64,000 nt of DNA from an uncultured cyanobacterium (GTDB lineage: Bacteria; Cyanobacteriota; Cyanobacteriia; Cyanobacteriales; Cyanobacteriaceae). Positions 50,575-60,248 of the stretch are shown here, piece by piece. The stretch spans positions 352,001 through 416,000 of the forward strand of contig CAVQBA010000007.1 in assembly GCA_963710605.1 (NCBI GenBank), in the 5' to 3' direction. A program made the translations under genes and the position numbers. Each line of letters starts with the position of its first letter. The stretch's first letter is position 1. Under the pieces are notes generated by a model. It was given only the letters and a program-made list of their open reading frames with translations, searched no databases and had not been told where the DNA came from.

Positions 50575-51303
50575 ATGAAAATTCTCTTGGTAGAAGATGA
50601 AAAAGAATTAGCTCTCACTTTACAAAGTATCCTCAATCACGAAGGTTATCAAGTAGAAATTTGTCATGATGGAGACAAGGCGATACAACTTATTCAACAA
50701 ACAGATTATCATTTATTGATCCTTGATTGGATGTTACCTTGTAAAAATGGTTTGGAAATTTGTCAATTTGTCCGATCGATTAACGATCAAGATAAAATTA
50801 AATTATCGGCAAATACACCTGTTTTGTTTTTAACTGCTAAAGATACTCTAGACGATCGAGTTTTGGGTTTAGATGCAGGTGCAGACGACTATTTAGTTAA
50901 ACCATTCGAGTTAAGAGAATTACTCGCTAGAGTCAGGGCGTTATTAAGAAGAGTCACAAACAACAACCAGAAAGAAAATACACCTCAGCCATCAAAACTA
51001 AAGATAGAAGATTTAGAATTAGAAATAGATAATCAAATCGCTTATCGTAATGGTAGATTGATTAAATTATCGGAAAAAGAAGTTAAACTACTACAATTTT
51101 TGATCGAGCATCCTTATCAATTAGTTAGCCAAGAAGATATTTATGACTATCTTTGGACAGCAGAAGAAGCCCCTAGTAGTAATGTAGTCGCCGCATTAGT
51201 TAGATTACTCAGACGCAAAATAGAACAAAAATCAGAACCATCACTGATACAAACTGTTTATGGTAAAGGATATTGGTTTGGTTTAGAAAAAAATGATAAA
51301 TAG
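50575..51303 (+). CDS. OmpR/PhoB-family response regulator (RppA-like)
   Basis: LLVEDE, LDWMLP, LTAKD, GADDYLVKPF, wHTH ending TVYGKGY. Confidence 0.92.
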   Translation: MKILLVEDEKELALTLQSILNHEGYQVEICHDGDKAIQLIQQTDYHLLILDWMLPCKNGLEICQFVRSINDQDKIKLSANTPVLFLTAKDTLDDRVLGLDAGADDYLVKPFELRELLARVRALLRRVTNNNQKENTPQPSKLKIEDLELEIDNQIAYRNGRLIKLSEKEVKLLQFLIEHPYQLVSQEDIYDYLWTAEEAPSSNVVAALVRLLRRKIEQKSEPSLIQTVYGKGYWFGLEKNDK

Positions 51304-51406
51304 AAGAGTGCTAAAAAATCTCGGTGACAGTCAAAATAACGTCTTAAACGTATCAACTGTACAACCGAGAAGTTGAAGACTTTGGATTTGGTCTTAAATA
51401 AATAAA

Positions 51407-51486
51407 TGGGCGGAGAGAGACTCGAACTCTCACGATTTCTCGCCACATTTTGAGTGTGGTGCGTCTACCAATTCCGCCATCCGCCC
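51407..51486 (-). tRNA. trnL: tRNA-Leu(CAA)
   Basis: GGGCGGATGGCGGAATTGGTAGACGCACCACACTCAAAATGTGGCGAGAAATCGTGAGAGTTCGAGTCTCTCTCCGCCCA: acceptor stem, anticodon stem CCACA/TGTGG with CAA, variable arm, GTTCGA T-loop. Confidence 0.95.
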
Positions 51487-52331
51487 AGATTGGTCTTTTC
51501 ATTATTATAACCAACTTTACCTGTAGAGATCAACTTATCGTAATTAGGAGACGTTGCCCATTTTTCGATTTCTTTAGCTCGAAGAATTGGTACAGGATGA
51601 CTTAGCCCAGCAGTTTGATTTTCTTGGAGTAGTTTACCTAACTCTGTATCACCCATTGTTTTATAGTCTTTTACTTGTTCCATAAAAGCGGATAAATTTA
51701 GTTGATTCGCAATAGTAGGTGAGCCACCTGTTAGTTTCATCAACACAGACATAACTATCTCAGGTTTTTGTACCACTAGTAAAGCCGATCGATCGCAACT
51801 AAACTCGGCGCAACGTACCCATTGTAATAATTGAGTTTGCAATGATTGTGCAACGACTCCTCCCCATGTAGGTATCAATCCTGCGGCTAATACCATAATA
51901 TTCACCATTGACAAATAGACACCATGCTCACATTTAAGATGTCCTAACTCATGAGCTATCACTGCTTGTATTTCGTCTTCGTTGAGTAATTCCAATAAAG
52001 AAGTATGAATAACAATAAACGGCTTTTTACCTCTAATGGCTAAAGTATAAGCATTCGGAACAGGATTTTGTTGGATATATAGTTGTGGTACTTCTATATC
52101 TAATATTTTACAAGCATCCACTAACAAACGATGTAAATCTGGTAGTTGTTTTTCACTAATTAAAATACTTGAGGCGATGTTATTTAGATAAAAAAAGTCT
52201 TCCGCTACCGAACCTAAAACACCTCTAATCGCTAAGTCAAAACCTGGTATTTGTTTTAAACGATTTGTGGCTTCTAAGTCTAGAGGATGGCGGAAATAAT
52301 CGGCTTTAAGCCCTGTTAATCTTACAGTCAT
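51465..52331 (-). CDS. M48 family zinc metallopeptidase
   Basis: FRHPLD, PNAYT, AHELGHLKC (HExxH), AEFSCDR, SHP...R. Confidence 0.92.
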   Translation of the reverse strand: MTVRLTGLKADYFRHPLDLEATNRLKQIPGFDLAIRGVLGSVAEDFFYLNNIASSILISEKQLPDLHRLLVDACKILDIEVPQLYIQQNPVPNAYTLAIRGKKPFIVIHTSLLELLNEDEIQAVIAHELGHLKCEHGVYLSMVNIMVLAAGLIPTWGGVVAQSLQTQLLQWVRCAEFSCDRSALLVVQKPEIVMSVLMKLTGGSPTIANQLNLSAFMEQVKDYKTMGDTELGKLLQENQTAGLSHPVPILRAKEIEKWATSPNYDKLISTGKVGYNNEKTNLGGWRNW

Positions 52332-52881
52332 AAGTTGAAATTAATGATTATTCTCCTTCTATTGTAACAAGCAAAAACAGACAATTGACAATCGATCGTA
52401 TCATTCAATAATTAATTATTTTTTAAATTTAACGATCGCTTTATAAAAATTAATAATAAAGTTAATAAAACAATCAATAAACAATATTTTACTCATTAAA
52501 TAATAGATGGTATATATGTTTAAAATTAAGAAAATATTAATAATAGTAAAAAAGAGATAAATTTAGTTTAAGCTAGTTTGTTTTTGTTTTTAAATCAAAT
52601 AGAAGAAAGCTATTTTACGGATTAACAAGGTAAACAGCATCTTAATCAATTTAATTACTGATTTTTTAAACTAGCAAAAAGAAAGAAAAAATAAAGATGT
52701 TTATTATGGTTTATAACCGTACTTCAAAAAAATAACTTTTATGTAATCATATATAGTAAACATTTGTAAAATTTATTTGTTATGTATGGCGATTCCGCTT
52801 TTGTTTACATTAACGTAGTTGTACAGATGTCAATAGAACAAACAAACAAACAAACAAAACAATTAAAAGGATAAAAAATTA

Positions 52882-53217
52882 ATGCGTATGCACCGTACAT
52901 CAACAACCCAAATGGAAGTTACTAGTATTCGTCTTGAGAAAAATCTTAAAGATAGCTTAAAAGGTTTATCTGGTAGTCAAGGGTATCAAACTCTGATTCG
53001 AGACATTTTATGGAATTATGTACAACAAAAATCAGGTGAGTATCGCCCTAATTTTTCTAAAACAGATATCCGTGCAACAATGCCTGGCATAGCTCGAAAA
53101 GATGAAAGTTGTGTAATTACAGGTAAGTTGATTCCTGAAGGAGAAGAAATGTTATTGGCTTTAACTGTTCATGGTGATTTTGTACCAGTTAGTTTAGATG
53201 CACTAACAAGTGATTAA
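52882..53217 (+). CDS. Conserved cyanobacterial hypothetical protein, possible ribbon-helix-helix N-terminus
   Basis: MEVTSIRLE..LK..LK.L...GYQTLIRDILWNYV; AAGGA upstream. Confidence 0.75.
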   Translation: MRMHRTSTTQMEVTSIRLEKNLKDSLKGLSGSQGYQTLIRDILWNYVQQKSGEYRPNFSKTDIRATMPGIARKDESCVITGKLIPEGEEMLLALTVHGDFVPVSLDALTSD

Positions 53218-53380
53218 CAGACAAAAAAAATACTAGTGATACTAGTAATATTTCAAATATAATTTATAGCTAAATATCTGTTAAATTTAAATGGGCGATG
53301 ATACGAAATCTTTTCATCTTAACTTTCCCTTAAGAAGAATTCGATCGTATTGTTGTCCACAAATTATTATTTGACAGCGA

Positions 53381-54289
53381 CTAAGCTTGCATATTACTAA
53401 GTTGGTAAAGCATTACTTGTGCTTTAATTAATGGAACTCCATCATCTTCATACTTACAAGTAATACCCATAAAATGATTAAGATGGTTATAAGTACGATA
53501 AAAACCATTGCTATAGTCTTTTTCGTAAATTATTCTTTGTCCATAACACCAACGTTGACTTTTTTGTTCTCCTAAATTAATTTTTGGTAATCCTTGTAAT
53601 AGAGAATCAAGTTTAATCAATTCTAAGCGATCGTGGTCTTTTCAATCAATAACATTTGTAAACGTTAGACTATTTTCAACACTCATTCCACAACTTAATG
53701 TCCGATTTAAACTAGCTAAAGTTGCACCTGTACCTATTTTTTGCCCCAAGTCACGCGCAATCGATCGAATATAAGTACCTGTGCTACAATCAATTTCTAA
53801 TTCTAATTCAGCCAATTCTTCTTGGTTACGCCAAGACATCAGCCTAATATCAGTAATTTCAACTTGCCTAGTCGGCACTTCTACCACTTTACCTTGACGA
53901 GCGAGTTGATATAATTTTTGTCCATCTTTTTTGATTGCACTAAAAGCAGGTGGTGTTTGCTCAATCTTACCGATAAAATCATTTAAATGAGGTGTAATCT
54001 CGGCTAAGGTTAAATAATTGACTGGTTTAGTTTCGACTACTTCTCCTTCCAAATCATCAGTAGTGGTGACAATACCAAAACGAATTTTTGCTTGGTATGT
54101 TTTTTGCGTTGGTAAAAATTGCAATAAACGAGTTGCTTTACCCACAGCAATGGGTAATACGCCTTGAGCTAATGGGTCTAATGTACCACCGTGACCAATT
54201 TTTTTGGTGTTTAAAATTTTCCTCAACTTGGCTACGCAGTCATGAGAAGTAAAATTCAGTGGTTTGTTTAAGTTAAGGAAACCATCCAT
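53381..54289 (-). CDS. truB: tRNA pseudouridine(55) synthase, interrupted by an in-frame TGA at 53642-53644
   Basis: [38 protein letters not shown]; the 53381-53620 ORF continues in the same frame. Confidence 0.9.
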
Positions 54290-54364
54290 AATAATTAATA
54301 ATTAATAATTAATAATTAATAATTAATAATTACCTATTTATTAAATTACAACGGAGGTAATTGA

Positions 54365-55180
54365 TTAATTATTTATTTTTTGTTTGTTTTTTTTGGCGAT
54401 GACGTAAAAAATTTCGTTTTCTAGCCATACTTGATTATTATCAACTAGATTGAGTATTTCAATCGCAAATTTTTGTTTAAGTTTGTTTCTTTCTTCTTCG
54501 CTAATTTTTAGTAAAGGATGATAAATAGGGTGTAGCCAATTTCCTTGCCACCATTTCCCGGCATCTTCAACTGTTAGATATTTTCCTAATTGCTGAGTTT
54601 CAAATCGATCGATATCATACCCTAAATCAGCTAAAATAGTTTCGCATTTGGTTTGTGTGCCTAACAGAAGATGAAAATTAGGTAACTCATAACCAGATTC
54701 GTTGGTTACCTTCATAATCGTCGGTGTGAAAAAAGAGTTTTGTGAATAAACTGAAAAAGCAATATAACCTTCTGGTTTCAACCAGTTAAACCATTGTTTT
54801 AATACTTGAATTACATCAGGAAAAAGGACAATCGCAGATGAACAATAAATAACATCAAAACTATTATCAGGATATTCTAGTTGCTCAATATCAGTTAATT
54901 TTAATTCGATATTTTTTAATCCTAAAGCCGATATTTTTTGCTGACAACGATCGAGCATTTTCGGTGAGAAATCAACACCGATAACTTTTCCATCATTTTT
55001 AAGCTGTTTGGCAACTTCTATAGCTACTATACCCGTTCCTGTGGCAACATCTAATACAGACTCCATCCCTGATAAATTAACTAATTTACATAAATTAATT
55101 GCTCTTTCAATAGTTAATTTAGTATCATAATCATCTCTATTGTCGTAAAAATTTATTATCTGTTTTTTATATTCATTCAT
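54365..55180 (-). CDS. Class I SAM-dependent methyltransferase
   Basis: VLDVATGTG, GVDFS..ML, FDVI, LKPEG. Confidence 0.9.
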   Translation of the reverse strand: MNEYKKQIINFYDNRDDYDTKLTIERAINLCKLVNLSGMESVLDVATGTGIVAIEVAKQLKNDGKVIGVDFSPKMLDRCQQKISALGLKNIELKLTDIEQLEYPDNSFDVIYCSSAIVLFPDVIQVLKQWFNWLKPEGYIAFSVYSQNSFFTPTIMKVTNESGYELPNFHLLLGTQTKCETILADLGYDIDRFETQQLGKYLTVEDAGKWWQGNWLHPIYHPLLKISEEERNKLKQKFAIEILNLVDNNQVWLENEIFYVIAKKNKQKINN

Positions 55181-55357
55181 CAGTTTTTACAGTTAACAAT
55201 GGGCTTGCGAGCAAGGAAAGAAGAGGCTCTCGGTAATGAGTAAAAGTAGCTTGAAACCTTCAGTTTTTACAGTCAGAAGTATTAATTGATTGATTGATGG
55301 GGTGTGCAAAAGCCCTACTCAATTATCAATTATCAATTATCAATTATTAATTATTAA

Positions 55358-55705
55358 TTATCTTACTTTTTCCTGATAGCTGAGCATTTCATCACTATCT
55401 TCACCATAAATCGCTTCTATCTGCTGATGACAACAATCGATCGCAAAATCTTCAAACTCTTGAGGAGGTATATTATACATTTGCTCAAAGACATCAGGTT
55501 TAACCCGACAAAAAGATGGTCTCTCATCATAGATATTACAAATACGACGATCGTGATTATAATTAATACACCAACCGTCTTCTCCTACCATACTCAAATA
55601 CAAGTCTAATTCTTGTTTTGTTAAATACTCATCTAAATCTGGTCGATCGCTAGGATCTAAATGACAACAAGCCCCACAATTTTCGATACAACGCCATTGA
55701 CTCAT
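55358..55705 (-). CDS. YkgJ family cysteine-cluster protein
   Basis: C...CGACC, GWC, C.IY..RP.FCR, CC. Confidence 0.88.
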   Translation of the reverse strand: MSQWRCIENCGACCHLDPSDRPDLDEYLTKQELDLYLSMVGEDGWCINYNHDRRICNIYDERPSFCRVKPDVFEQMYNIPPQEFEDFAIDCCHQQIEAIYGEDSDEMLSYQEKVR

Positions 55706-55842
55706 TACAAATAAAGTTCTGTTACAAAACTTAATAGTTTTTATTTTACTAGATCTATAAATAGGATAACCTTTCCTTGTATTATATATCTTGTTAGAAC
55801 GACCAAAATAATTTAAAATTAGCGATAAAAAAAGGAGTAGTT

Positions 55843-55983
55843 ATGGATTTTATTACCAATTTATTTAGTGGATTAAGTGGAATCGATTTTGAAGTAATTT
55901 TTCAATTAGTATCTGTTGGTTTGATTCTCATCGCAGGTCCTGTGATTGTATTTATTCTTTATGCTTTACGTGGAGATTTGTAA
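55843..55983 (+). CDS. psb30: Photosystem II reaction centre protein Psb30/Ycf12 (not in ORF track)
   Basis: MDFITNLFSGLSGIDFEVIFQLVSVGLILIAGPVIVFILYALRGDL; AAGGAG RBS. Confidence 0.92.
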   Translation: MDFITNLFSGLSGIDFEVIFQLVSVGLILIAGPVIVFILYALRGDL

Positions 55984-56452
55984 GTATTGGTTTTTAATTA
56001 ATTGAAAATTTATCAGAAATTTATAAAATAAAAAGATTGTCGGCTAAATGCTAAGGTGCTTTTTGCTTATAGATAAAAGCCGACATATAGACTAAAAAAA
56101 GTCAGTTTAAAATAGACAAAACATTGACTGAAAAGTTTTTTGGTAGTCGATCGTTGAAGCGATTATTTTAATTTAGATTGATTTTGTCTTCCAATAATTT
56201 AGTAAAAAAAGATATAAGTACCACAAATTTAAAAGATATAGCAAAGGGCTATGGTAAACTAATCCAGCAAAAAGCAAAACGTATTAATTAATTGAGAATT
56301 ATTTCAAATTTAAAATTAATATTTGATACAAGCATAACAAAAGCCCACACTGTTCATCATTAATTATTAACTAGTAATTACTAATTGCTAATTACTAATC
56401 GTTATACGTACATTCTCTACAGATTAACCAAAGTTTCAAGGATTTTATTTTT

Positions 56453-57976
56453 ATGTTAGATCGTAGATCAAGCGGTATTTTACTACATCCGACTTCTTTA
56501 CCTGGTTCTTATGGTATAGGAGATTTAGGATCTGGTGCATATCGTTTTGTTGATTTTTTACAAGAAAGTGATCAACAAGTATGGCAAATTTTACCATTAG
56601 GCCCCACAGGTGCAGGTAATTCTCCTTATTTGGCTTATTCAGCCTTAGCAGGTAATCCATTGATGATTAGCTTAGATATACTTTATGGTGATAGATTACT
56701 AACTCCTGAAGATTTAGAAACAGTTAAAAAAGCGTTTGCATTACAAGATCCAAATCGGGTTAGTTTTGAGTTAGTAATTAAAGAAAAATATCCTTATTAT
56801 CTCAAAGCATTTAGAGCGTTTACAGAATTAGATCAAAATACTCAATATAATCAAGAATTTAGCAAGTTTTGCCAAGATTATGGTTATTGGTTAGACGATT
56901 ATGCTCTTTATATGTCGTTGAAAGAACATTACGAAAATGCACCTTGGTATCAATGGGAAGAATCGATCGCTAAAAGAGAGCCAGAAGGGATTGAAAAATG
57001 GGAAATAAAATTAAGTGAAGAAATAGAATATCATAAATTTTTACAATTTACCTTCTTTCGTCAATGGCGTAACTTAAAAGATTATGCTAACAGTAGAGGA
57101 ATCCAAATTTTCGGTGACATACCTATTTACGTTGCTCACGATAGTGTGGACGTGTGGGCGAATCAATCTATATTTCGTTTAGATGAAAAAACAGGGGCGG
57201 CGGCTTTAATGGCAGGTGTACCGCCAGATTATTTTAGTGCGACAGGTCAATTATGGGGTAATCCTGTTTACAATTGGGAAGAAGTTAAAAAAACTAATTT
57301 TTCTTGGTGGGTACAAAGAATCAAAGGAATGTTGGAATTTGTCGATATTATGCGTATCGATCATTTCCGTGGTTTTGAAGCATATTGGGCAGTCAAAGAA
57401 GGTGAATTAACTGCTTTAAACGGCGAATGGTTAAAAGCACCAGGAGATGAGTTTTTTGCGGTACTTCAGCAAGAATTAGGGGATTTACCGATCGTAGCCG
57501 AAGATTTGGGTGTGATCACTCCAGAAGTAGAAACCTTAAGAGATAAATATGGTTTTCCGGGGATGAAAATATTACAGTTTGCTTTTGATGACGATCGAGG
57601 TAATCAATTTTTACCATTCAATTATAAAGATTGTAATTGTGTTGTCTATACAGGTACACACGATAACGATACAACAGTTGGTTGGTTTGAAAAACGTAAC
57701 TTTAGCGATCGACAAAAAGTAGTAGATTATTTAGGAGGAGCAATTTCACCTCAAGGTATTCACTGGAATTTGATCAGTAATGCGATGTCTTCGATCGCTA
57801 ACATGGCAATATTTCCTTTACAAGACGTTTTAGGATTAGGTTCATGGAGCAAAATGAATACTCCTGGTACAGTACTTAATAATTGGACATGGCGTTACTC
57901 TGATGATACTTTAACCGATGATGTGACAGGACATTTAGGGTATTTAACTTATCTTTATGGACGAAAACCAGATTAG
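56453..57976 (+). CDS. malQ: 4-alpha-glucanotransferase
   Basis: SGILLHPTSLPG, GDIPIYV, GVPPDYFS.TGQLWGNP, RIDHFRGF, AEDLG, YTGTHDN. Confidence 0.96.
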   Translation: MLDRRSSGILLHPTSLPGSYGIGDLGSGAYRFVDFLQESDQQVWQILPLGPTGAGNSPYLAYSALAGNPLMISLDILYGDRLLTPEDLETVKKAFALQDPNRVSFELVIKEKYPYYLKAFRAFTELDQNTQYNQEFSKFCQDYGYWLDDYALYMSLKEHYENAPWYQWEESIAKREPEGIEKWEIKLSEEIEYHKFLQFTFFRQWRNLKDYANSRGIQIFGDIPIYVAHDSVDVWANQSIFRLDEKTGAAALMAGVPPDYFSATGQLWGNPVYNWEEVKKTNFSWWVQRIKGMLEFVDIMRIDHFRGFEAYWAVKEGELTALNGEWLKAPGDEFFAVLQQELGDLPIVAEDLGVITPEVETLRDKYGFPGMKILQFAFDDDRGNQFLPFNYKDCNCVVYTGTHDNDTTVGWFEKRNFSDRQKVVDYLGGAISPQGIHWNLISNAMSSIANMAIFPLQDVLGLGSWSKMNTPGTVLNNWTWRYSDDTLTDDVTGHLGYLTYLYGRKPD

Positions 57977-58046
57977 AATTCGGAATTCGGAATTCGGAAT
58001 TCGGAGTTAAGAAGGCAAAAGGCAACGAGCAAATATAAACAGTATT

Positions 58047-58178
58047 AATTGTCAATTGTCGTCTTGGTCAGCATTCCCTTGCGGAAAAGTGTGGTCTTGG
58101 GGGTTTCCCCCATGAACAACTTTTTCAAGAAGCGACTGTAGTCGTCGCGGGGTCTGACCGCAATTGTCAATTATCAAT
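58047..58178. repeat. Nested small dispersed repeat inside a CAATTGT heptamer run
   Basis: GGTCAG...CTGACC inverted ends enclose GGAAAAGTGTGGTCTTGGGGGTTTCCCCCATGAACAACTTTT; AATTCGG tandem run nearby at about 57977-58004. Confidence 0.65.
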
Positions 58179-58186
58179 TATTAAAA

Positions 58187-59419
58187 GTGGCTGTGGTGAG
58201 TAAAAATAAAGAACGAAAATGGGGATTTTGGTTTTTGTTACCGATTTATCCTTATCAACAAAGAGCGACTATTAGACAAGAAGTTGTTCATAATCGTATT
58301 TGGATATTTGATCAACCTCATGGTTTTTTATACGCAGTTGTACCAATTCGGATGACGGTAGTCAAACTCAAAAAAGGTGGTTTACTTGTATATTGCCCCC
58401 TTGCACCAACGACTGAATGTATCAAATTAGTTCGTGAATTAGAAGCGATACATGGAAAAGTTAAATACATTATTCATTCTACTAGTTCAGGTTTAGAACA
58501 TAAAGTATTTGTCGCTCCCTTTGCTCGTTGTTTTTCCACTGCTGAGGTTTGGTATGTACCGACTCAATGGAGTTTTCCGCTTAATTTGCCTTTATCATGG
58601 TTAGGTTTTCCCGCTGACAGAACCCATGTATTACCTCAAGATTGGCGTAAAGCTCCTTTTGCTGATGAGTTTGAGTATCATTTAATTGATCTAAATTTGA
58701 GTGCAGGTTCGTTTGCCGAGGTGGCTTTGCTACACACTGAATCACAAACTCTTTTAGTTACCGATGCGGTATTAAAAATACCTTTATCACCACCAGAAAT
58801 TAGTAATTTAGATCCATTTCCTTTATTATTCCACGCTAGAGAAACTGCGTTAGAAGAAACTAAAGATACATTGGCAAACCGCCTCAAAGGTTGGCGGAGA
58901 ATCTGTTTATTTGCTCTTTATTTTCGTCCTAGCATGATTGATACGATCGACCTAGTTCAACTATTTAAAGACGCTAAAAACGCCCCCGATCGTTCTCGTC
59001 GTAACTATTTTGGTTTGTATCCTTTTCGTTGGCGAAACAATTGGCTGAAATCATTTAAAGCGATCGCCGATACCCAGATACCGATCGTTGCACCGATATT
59101 ACAAACATTAATTCTGCCTCAAGACCGTAAAAAGGTAGCCGATTGGGTGAATAACATTTGTGAGTGGGAATTTAAACAAATTATCGCCGCTCATTTTGCT
59201 TCTCCTTTTACCGCTACTCCAGAGCAATTCAAACAAGCCTTTACTTTTTTAGAAGAGGATGGCAATGATGATTTTAGACAAGGAAAAGTATATCTAAGCG
59301 GTGACAAAGAAATTGTCAGTCAAGATAGTACTTTTATTAAAGAATTAGAATCAACCTTAGTCAAATTCAAAATAGCGACACCAGCTCCGAAAACAGATTC
59401 AGAAAAATTGTTGAAATGA
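58187..59419 (+). CDS. DUF4336 domain protein
   Basis: VPIRMTVVKL..GGLLVY.P.APT.EC, GLEHK, QWSFPLNLPL.WLG, AAHF. Confidence 0.85.
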   Translation: MAVVSKNKERKWGFWFLLPIYPYQQRATIRQEVVHNRIWIFDQPHGFLYAVVPIRMTVVKLKKGGLLVYCPLAPTTECIKLVRELEAIHGKVKYIIHSTSSGLEHKVFVAPFARCFSTAEVWYVPTQWSFPLNLPLSWLGFPADRTHVLPQDWRKAPFADEFEYHLIDLNLSAGSFAEVALLHTESQTLLVTDAVLKIPLSPPEISNLDPFPLLFHARETALEETKDTLANRLKGWRRICLFALYFRPSMIDTIDLVQLFKDAKNAPDRSRRNYFGLYPFRWRNNWLKSFKAIADTQIPIVAPILQTLILPQDRKKVADWVNNICEWEFKQIIAAHFASPFTATPEQFKQAFTFLEEDGNDDFRQGKVYLSGDKEIVSQDSTFIKELESTLVKFKIATPAPKTDSEKLLK

Positions 59420-59504
59420 TTGATACGATCGTGGATTTTATAATAATTGATCATATATATTTGTCTAACCTATAATCAAAAAATATTTAGCAAAAAGGGG
59501 AACA

Positions 59505-59575
59505 AGAGAAGAGAATATAAGATAAGAGAATATAAGATAAGAGAAGAGAAGAGAATATAAGATAAGAGAAGATAA
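59505..59575. repeat. Low-complexity tandem repeat GAGAATATAAGATAA / GAGAA
   Basis: Direct reading. Confidence 0.7.
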
Positions 59576-59683
59576 AAACAAGATGACTTTGAAAGTAGAA
59601 AAATTAAAGATAAAATACAATTTGAAAACAAAGGCAAAAAATAATAAAGAACTCAAAGTCCCCATTACAAAAGAAATAATATT

Positions 59684-59761
59684 AAGTCCCCCTTACGAAG
59701 GGGAAGGGCTGTCACCTGAATTCATTTCAGGTGCTTGTAAGCCCTGTGGATTTAGGGAGAT
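59684..59761. repeat. CCCCCTTACGAAGGGG palindromic repeat with inserted mini-element
   Basis: Host matches 60183-60221; insert AAGGGCTGTCACCTGAATTCATTTCAGGTGCTTGTAAGCCC. Confidence 0.72.
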
Positions 59762-59803
59762 AAAACAATTGAGAGGAATAAAAATATTTAGAGAAACAAA
59801 ACC

Positions 59804-60224
59804 ATGAGTAAATTGAAAGAAGGAAATTACTTTTTACCATACAATCCCGATTTGGTAGCTAGAGTGAAACAGATGAGGAAAAATCCGACTCCAGCAGAGC
59901 GTAAGTTATGGGAATATTTAAGAACATTTCCCCTCAAGTTTTGGCGACAAAAACCAATCGATAATTTCATAGTCGATTTCTATTGCCCAAAGTTAAAACT
60001 AGTTATCGAAGTAGATGGCTGATATTCATTTTACCGAATCAAATCAAAGTTACGATCGAGCTAGAACAGAAATATTATCTGGTTATGGCTTAAAAGTAAT
60101 TCGATTTACTAATGACGATGTTTTGTCTAATTTTCAAAATGTTTGTAAATCAATCGATACTTATTTTGGACAAATTTTGGGAAAGTCCCCCTTACGAAGG
60201 GGGATTGAGAGGGATGGGGATTAA
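59804..60224 (+). CDS. DUF559 (Vsr-like) endonuclease domain protein, split by a +1 frameshift near 60019
   Basis: MRKNPTPAERKLW..L, RQKPI..FIVDFYC...LVIEVDG / .IH...YD..RT..L...G..VIRF.N. Confidence 0.85.
60183..60221. repeat. CCCCCTTACGAAGGGGG palindromic repeat at the 3' end of the DUF559 gene
   Basis: AAGTCCCCCTTACGAAGGGG identical to 59684-59703. Confidence 0.75.
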
Positions 60225-60248
60225 ATTTATATCTAAGCTAAGTACGTA

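Noticed and set aside
51407-51486. tRNA-Leu as an integration site
   Set aside because: No integrase and no duplicated tRNA 3' end noticed in the window
59465-59807. ORFs 59465-59665 and 59583-59807
   Set aside because: Run through low-complexity and palindromic repeats; no protein-like motifs
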